Shown: piece by piece, positions 61,713-64,000 of the stretch
How the letters are laid out: every line of letters begins with the position of its first letter
Position numbering within the stretch: the stretch's first letter is position 1
From: Planctomycetota bacterium
GTDB lineage: Bacteria > Planctomycetota > B15-G4
Direction: 5' to 3'
NCBI GenBank assembly: GCA_965248575.1
Contig: CBDFJQ010000002.1
Coordinates: forward strand, 2,816,001 to 2,880,000
DNA length: 64,000 nt
Notes under the pieces: generated by a model
Told to the model about the DNA's origin: nothing
Database searches by the model: none
What the model saw: the letters and a program-made list of their open reading frames with translations, nothing else
Position numbers and translations under genes: made by a program

Positions 61713-64000
61713 GCGGGACCTTCCTGCGTGCCTTGCTGGTGAGCGCCGCCCTCGGCGCCATCTCAGCAGCCATGCCTGCTGCGGCCTGGCCCCAGGACTC
61801 TGCGCGCGATCAGCAACTGCTGGCGGCCCAGGCGCTTCGCGATCTCGCCATCTCGCAAACGGAAAGCGGCCGCATCGAGCAAGCCGCGAAGGGCTTCATG
61901 GAAGCCGCGAAGCAGTTTGGCGAGGCCGGCGACGATCTGGAACGCACCAAGTGCCTGCACAACGCGGGCGCCATGTTCGAGCTGGCCGGCCACTACGAGC
62001 AAGCGATCACGGCCTTCGGCCAAGCCCAGACCTGGAGCGCGCGCCTGCGCCGGGCGGACTACGCGGCCAGCTCGGCCGTGGGTCGGGGCCTCGCCCTGGG
62101 TCGCTTGGGCCGGCAGCCGGAGTGCATCGAGGCACTGGACATCGCCGTCGCCCTGCTCGAGCAGTTGGACGACCCGGCCCAGTTGGCGCTGGCCCTCTTC
62201 AATCGCGGCGTCTCCCAGGCAACCCTGTCGCGCGATGAGGACGCTCAACTCAGCCTGTCTCGCGCCGAGCAGCTCTACCGGCAGCTGGGCGATGGGCGCG
62301 GGCAATCCTGGGCCACCACCAGCCTGGCCCTCGTCTACGAATCCGCCGAGCGGCCAGGCGATGCCTACGCTGCGTTCACCCGCGCCATCGAGATCACGCA
62401 GGTGCTTGGTGACGAAGCCAAGCTAGGCATGCTCTACAACGAGCGCGGCCTCGTGCTGAAGATGCTCAATCGCTGGGAAGAGGCGCTTGTGGATTTCGAT
62501 GCTGCGGCGCCTCTGCTAAGCGCCGCAGGAGACACCCAGCAGCTGGCGCGTCAGGCCATCTACAGCGGCGAGGCCCTCTCGAGCCTCGGCCGCTTCGAGC
62601 AGGCGCTGGCTGCCTTCGAGTTGGCTGAGAGACGCAATCCGGCGGACGACGACCTCCTGGCCGGCTATGTGCTCCAAGGTCGCGGTGAGCTGCTGTGCTT
62701 CGTCGGCAAATATAGCGAGGCGCTGACACTCTTCGAGCAGGTCGCGCTGATCATGGAGCGCCACGGCGAGCATCGACACCTGGGTCGCATCGCCACCAGA
62801 CAGGGCGAGGCATCCCGCAACCTGGGGCACTTCGGAGATGCCCTGCGCTTCCACGTGGCGGCAGAAGCGCACTACCGCCGCGATGGGCATCGGGGCTACA
62901 CCGCAGGCGCCATCATGGATCGCGCAGAGCTGTATTCAGAGCTGGGTCGCTTTGACGAGGCCATGGCAGCCTACGACGACTCCCAGAAGTTGTTCGAGGA
63001 GATCCACGACCGCGAGTGGTTGGCCCTGGTGGATGTGAGCCGTTCGGCCACGCTGCGCAAGGCCGGTCGACCCGAAGAGGCCTTCGATGCGCTGGAGCGT
63101 GCACGCCCCGAGCTCGAGGCCATCGGCAACGAACGGCAACTGGCCGTCCTGCGCTTCGACCGAGCCGTACTCCTGAACAGCCTCGGGCACTTCGAGCAAT
63201 CCCTCTCGGAGCTCAAGCTCGCCGAGCCGGACTACCTCGCAAGCGGTGGGCTGGGGGCGGCGGCGCACCTGGAGCTGGCCCGTGCCACAGCCCGCCGCAA
63301 CCTGGGCCACGTGTCGCGAGCCCTCGCCGGCTACGACCGCAACGAGGCCATCCTGGAAGAGCTGGGCCTGCTGCAACACCTCGTGCGCGTGGCCGTGCTG
63401 CGCGGGGGCTTGCTCTCCGAGCAGGGCCGCCATGCTGAAGCGCTGGCCAGCTATGACGCCGCGGCGGGGCGCTTGGCTGACCTGCTGGCCGGGCACGTAG
63501 CCACCCTCGGCGAGGGCAGCTCGTCCAGCTTGCGGGCCGAGTTTGCGCCTGTGGTTCCGGCGGCCCTCGACAGTGCGGCGGCTCTGCTCAGCCTGCCGCC
63601 TGAGACACGCAACGAGGCGACTCTGGCTCGCGCGTGGCGCGTGTTGGAAGTCTTCCAGGGGCTCGGCATGGCCCAGCTGGTGGCGGAGCAAGGGCTGCAT
63701 TCCGACGACGACCTCCCGCTCGAGATGGCGATCTCTCTTGAGGCGGCGCGCCAAGCGCTGAGCACCGCAGCAGAACAGCTGGTGGAGGCTCAAGCAGACG
63801 GGGACGGGGACGGCGACGTGGCCGCTGCGAGCGCGACCCTCGACGCACACCGGCTCTCGCTTCGCCAGCGCCTGGAAGAAGCGCGCCTGGCGACGCCCGA
63901 CGTGGTGCTCCCACCCATCGCCGAACAGGAGCAGGTGATCGCCGCACTGTCTGCCGGCGAGGCCCTGCTGCACTTCTCGGCCTTGGGTGAGCAGGTTCAT
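61709..64000 (+). CDS. Secreted TPR-repeat protein, 5' part only (probably TPR-CHAT protease)
   Basis: Absent from the ORF track (no stop in the window). TTG 61709 overlaps the kinase TGA, GGAG SD; MSGTFLRALLVSAALGAISAAMPAAAWPQ signal, then many TPRs; ends at EQVIAALSAGEALLHF, typical of the segment preceding CHAT domains. Confidence 0.8.
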   Translation, partial: MSGTFLRALLVSAALGAISAAMPAAAWPQDSARDQQLLAAQALRDLAISQTESGRIEQAAKGFMEAAKQFGEAGDDLERTKCLHNAGAMFELAGHYEQAITAFGQAQTWSARLRRADYAASSAVGRGLALGRLGRQPECIEALDIAVALLEQLDDPAQLALALFNRGVSQATLSRDEDAQLSLSRAEQLYRQLGDGRGQSWATTSLALVYESAERPGDAYAAFTRAIEITQVLGDEAKLGMLYNERGLVLKMLNRWEEALVDFDAAAPLLSAAGDTQQLARQAIYSGEALSSLGRFEQALAAFELAERRNPADDDLLAGYVLQGRGELLCFVGKYSEALTLFEQVALIMERHGEHRHLGRIATRQGEASRNLGHFGDALRFHVAAEAHYRRDGHRGYTAGAIMDRAELYSELGRFDEAMAAYDDSQKLFEEIHDREWLALVDVSRSATLRKAGRPEEAFDALERARPELEAIGNERQLAVLRFDRAVLLNSLGHFEQSLSELKLAEPDYLASGGLGAAAHLELARATARRNLGHVSRALAGYDRNEAILEELGLLQHLVRVAVLRGGLLSEQGRHAEALASYDAAAGRLADLLAGHVATLGEGSSSSLRAEFAPVVPAALDSAAALLSLPPETRNEATLARAWRVLEVFQGLGMAQLVAEQGLHSDDDLPLEMAISLEAARQALSTAAEQLVEAQADGDGDGDVAAASATLDAHRLSLRQRLEEARLATPDVVLPPIAEQEQVIAALSAGEALLHFSALGEQVH

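Noticed and set aside
62936..64000. 354-aa minus-strand ORF at the window end
   Set aside because: Antisense to the open plus-strand TPR gene starting at 61709.

Overview
A GC-rich bacterial chromosomal window. The gene repertoire suggests an uncultured Planctomycetota lineage (inference from ECF-sigma/Ser-Thr kinase pairs, FG-GAP proteins, DUF1080 fusions and prenyltransferase-repeat proteins). Housekeeping genes include mfd, rpsT, def, ribF, trpG/pabA, leuB, cyaY, msrB and tRNA-Phe(GAA). No CRISPR array, rRNA, integrase or transposase was found. Main observations: (1) a hidden gene at 17190-17531(-), a BrxC/YtxJ monothiol bacilliredoxin homolog with an in-frame TGA exactly where the redox Cys should be (FKHSPV-U-PTS), coupled to cyaY and followed by a hairpin, i.e. 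a likely selenoprotein; (2) a Dlt/Alg-like operon (MBOAT, carrier protein, VOC enzyme, sulfotransferase, adenylating ligase with an extra ~238-aa C-terminal domain, plus a convergent SGNH protein) that may attach an unusual acyl group to a surface polymer; (3) a dGTPase-RNase III fusion; (4) a LeuC/aconitase-like pseudoenzyme lacking all Fe-S cysteines, coupled to leuB; (5) a low-GC NACHT NTPase, possibly anti-phage; (6) an ECF sigma / membrane kinase / secreted TPR(-CHAT?) module; (7) a ~170-bp palindromic element with 18-bp perfect terminal inverted repeats. All family calls come from motif recognition by eye, without database searches.
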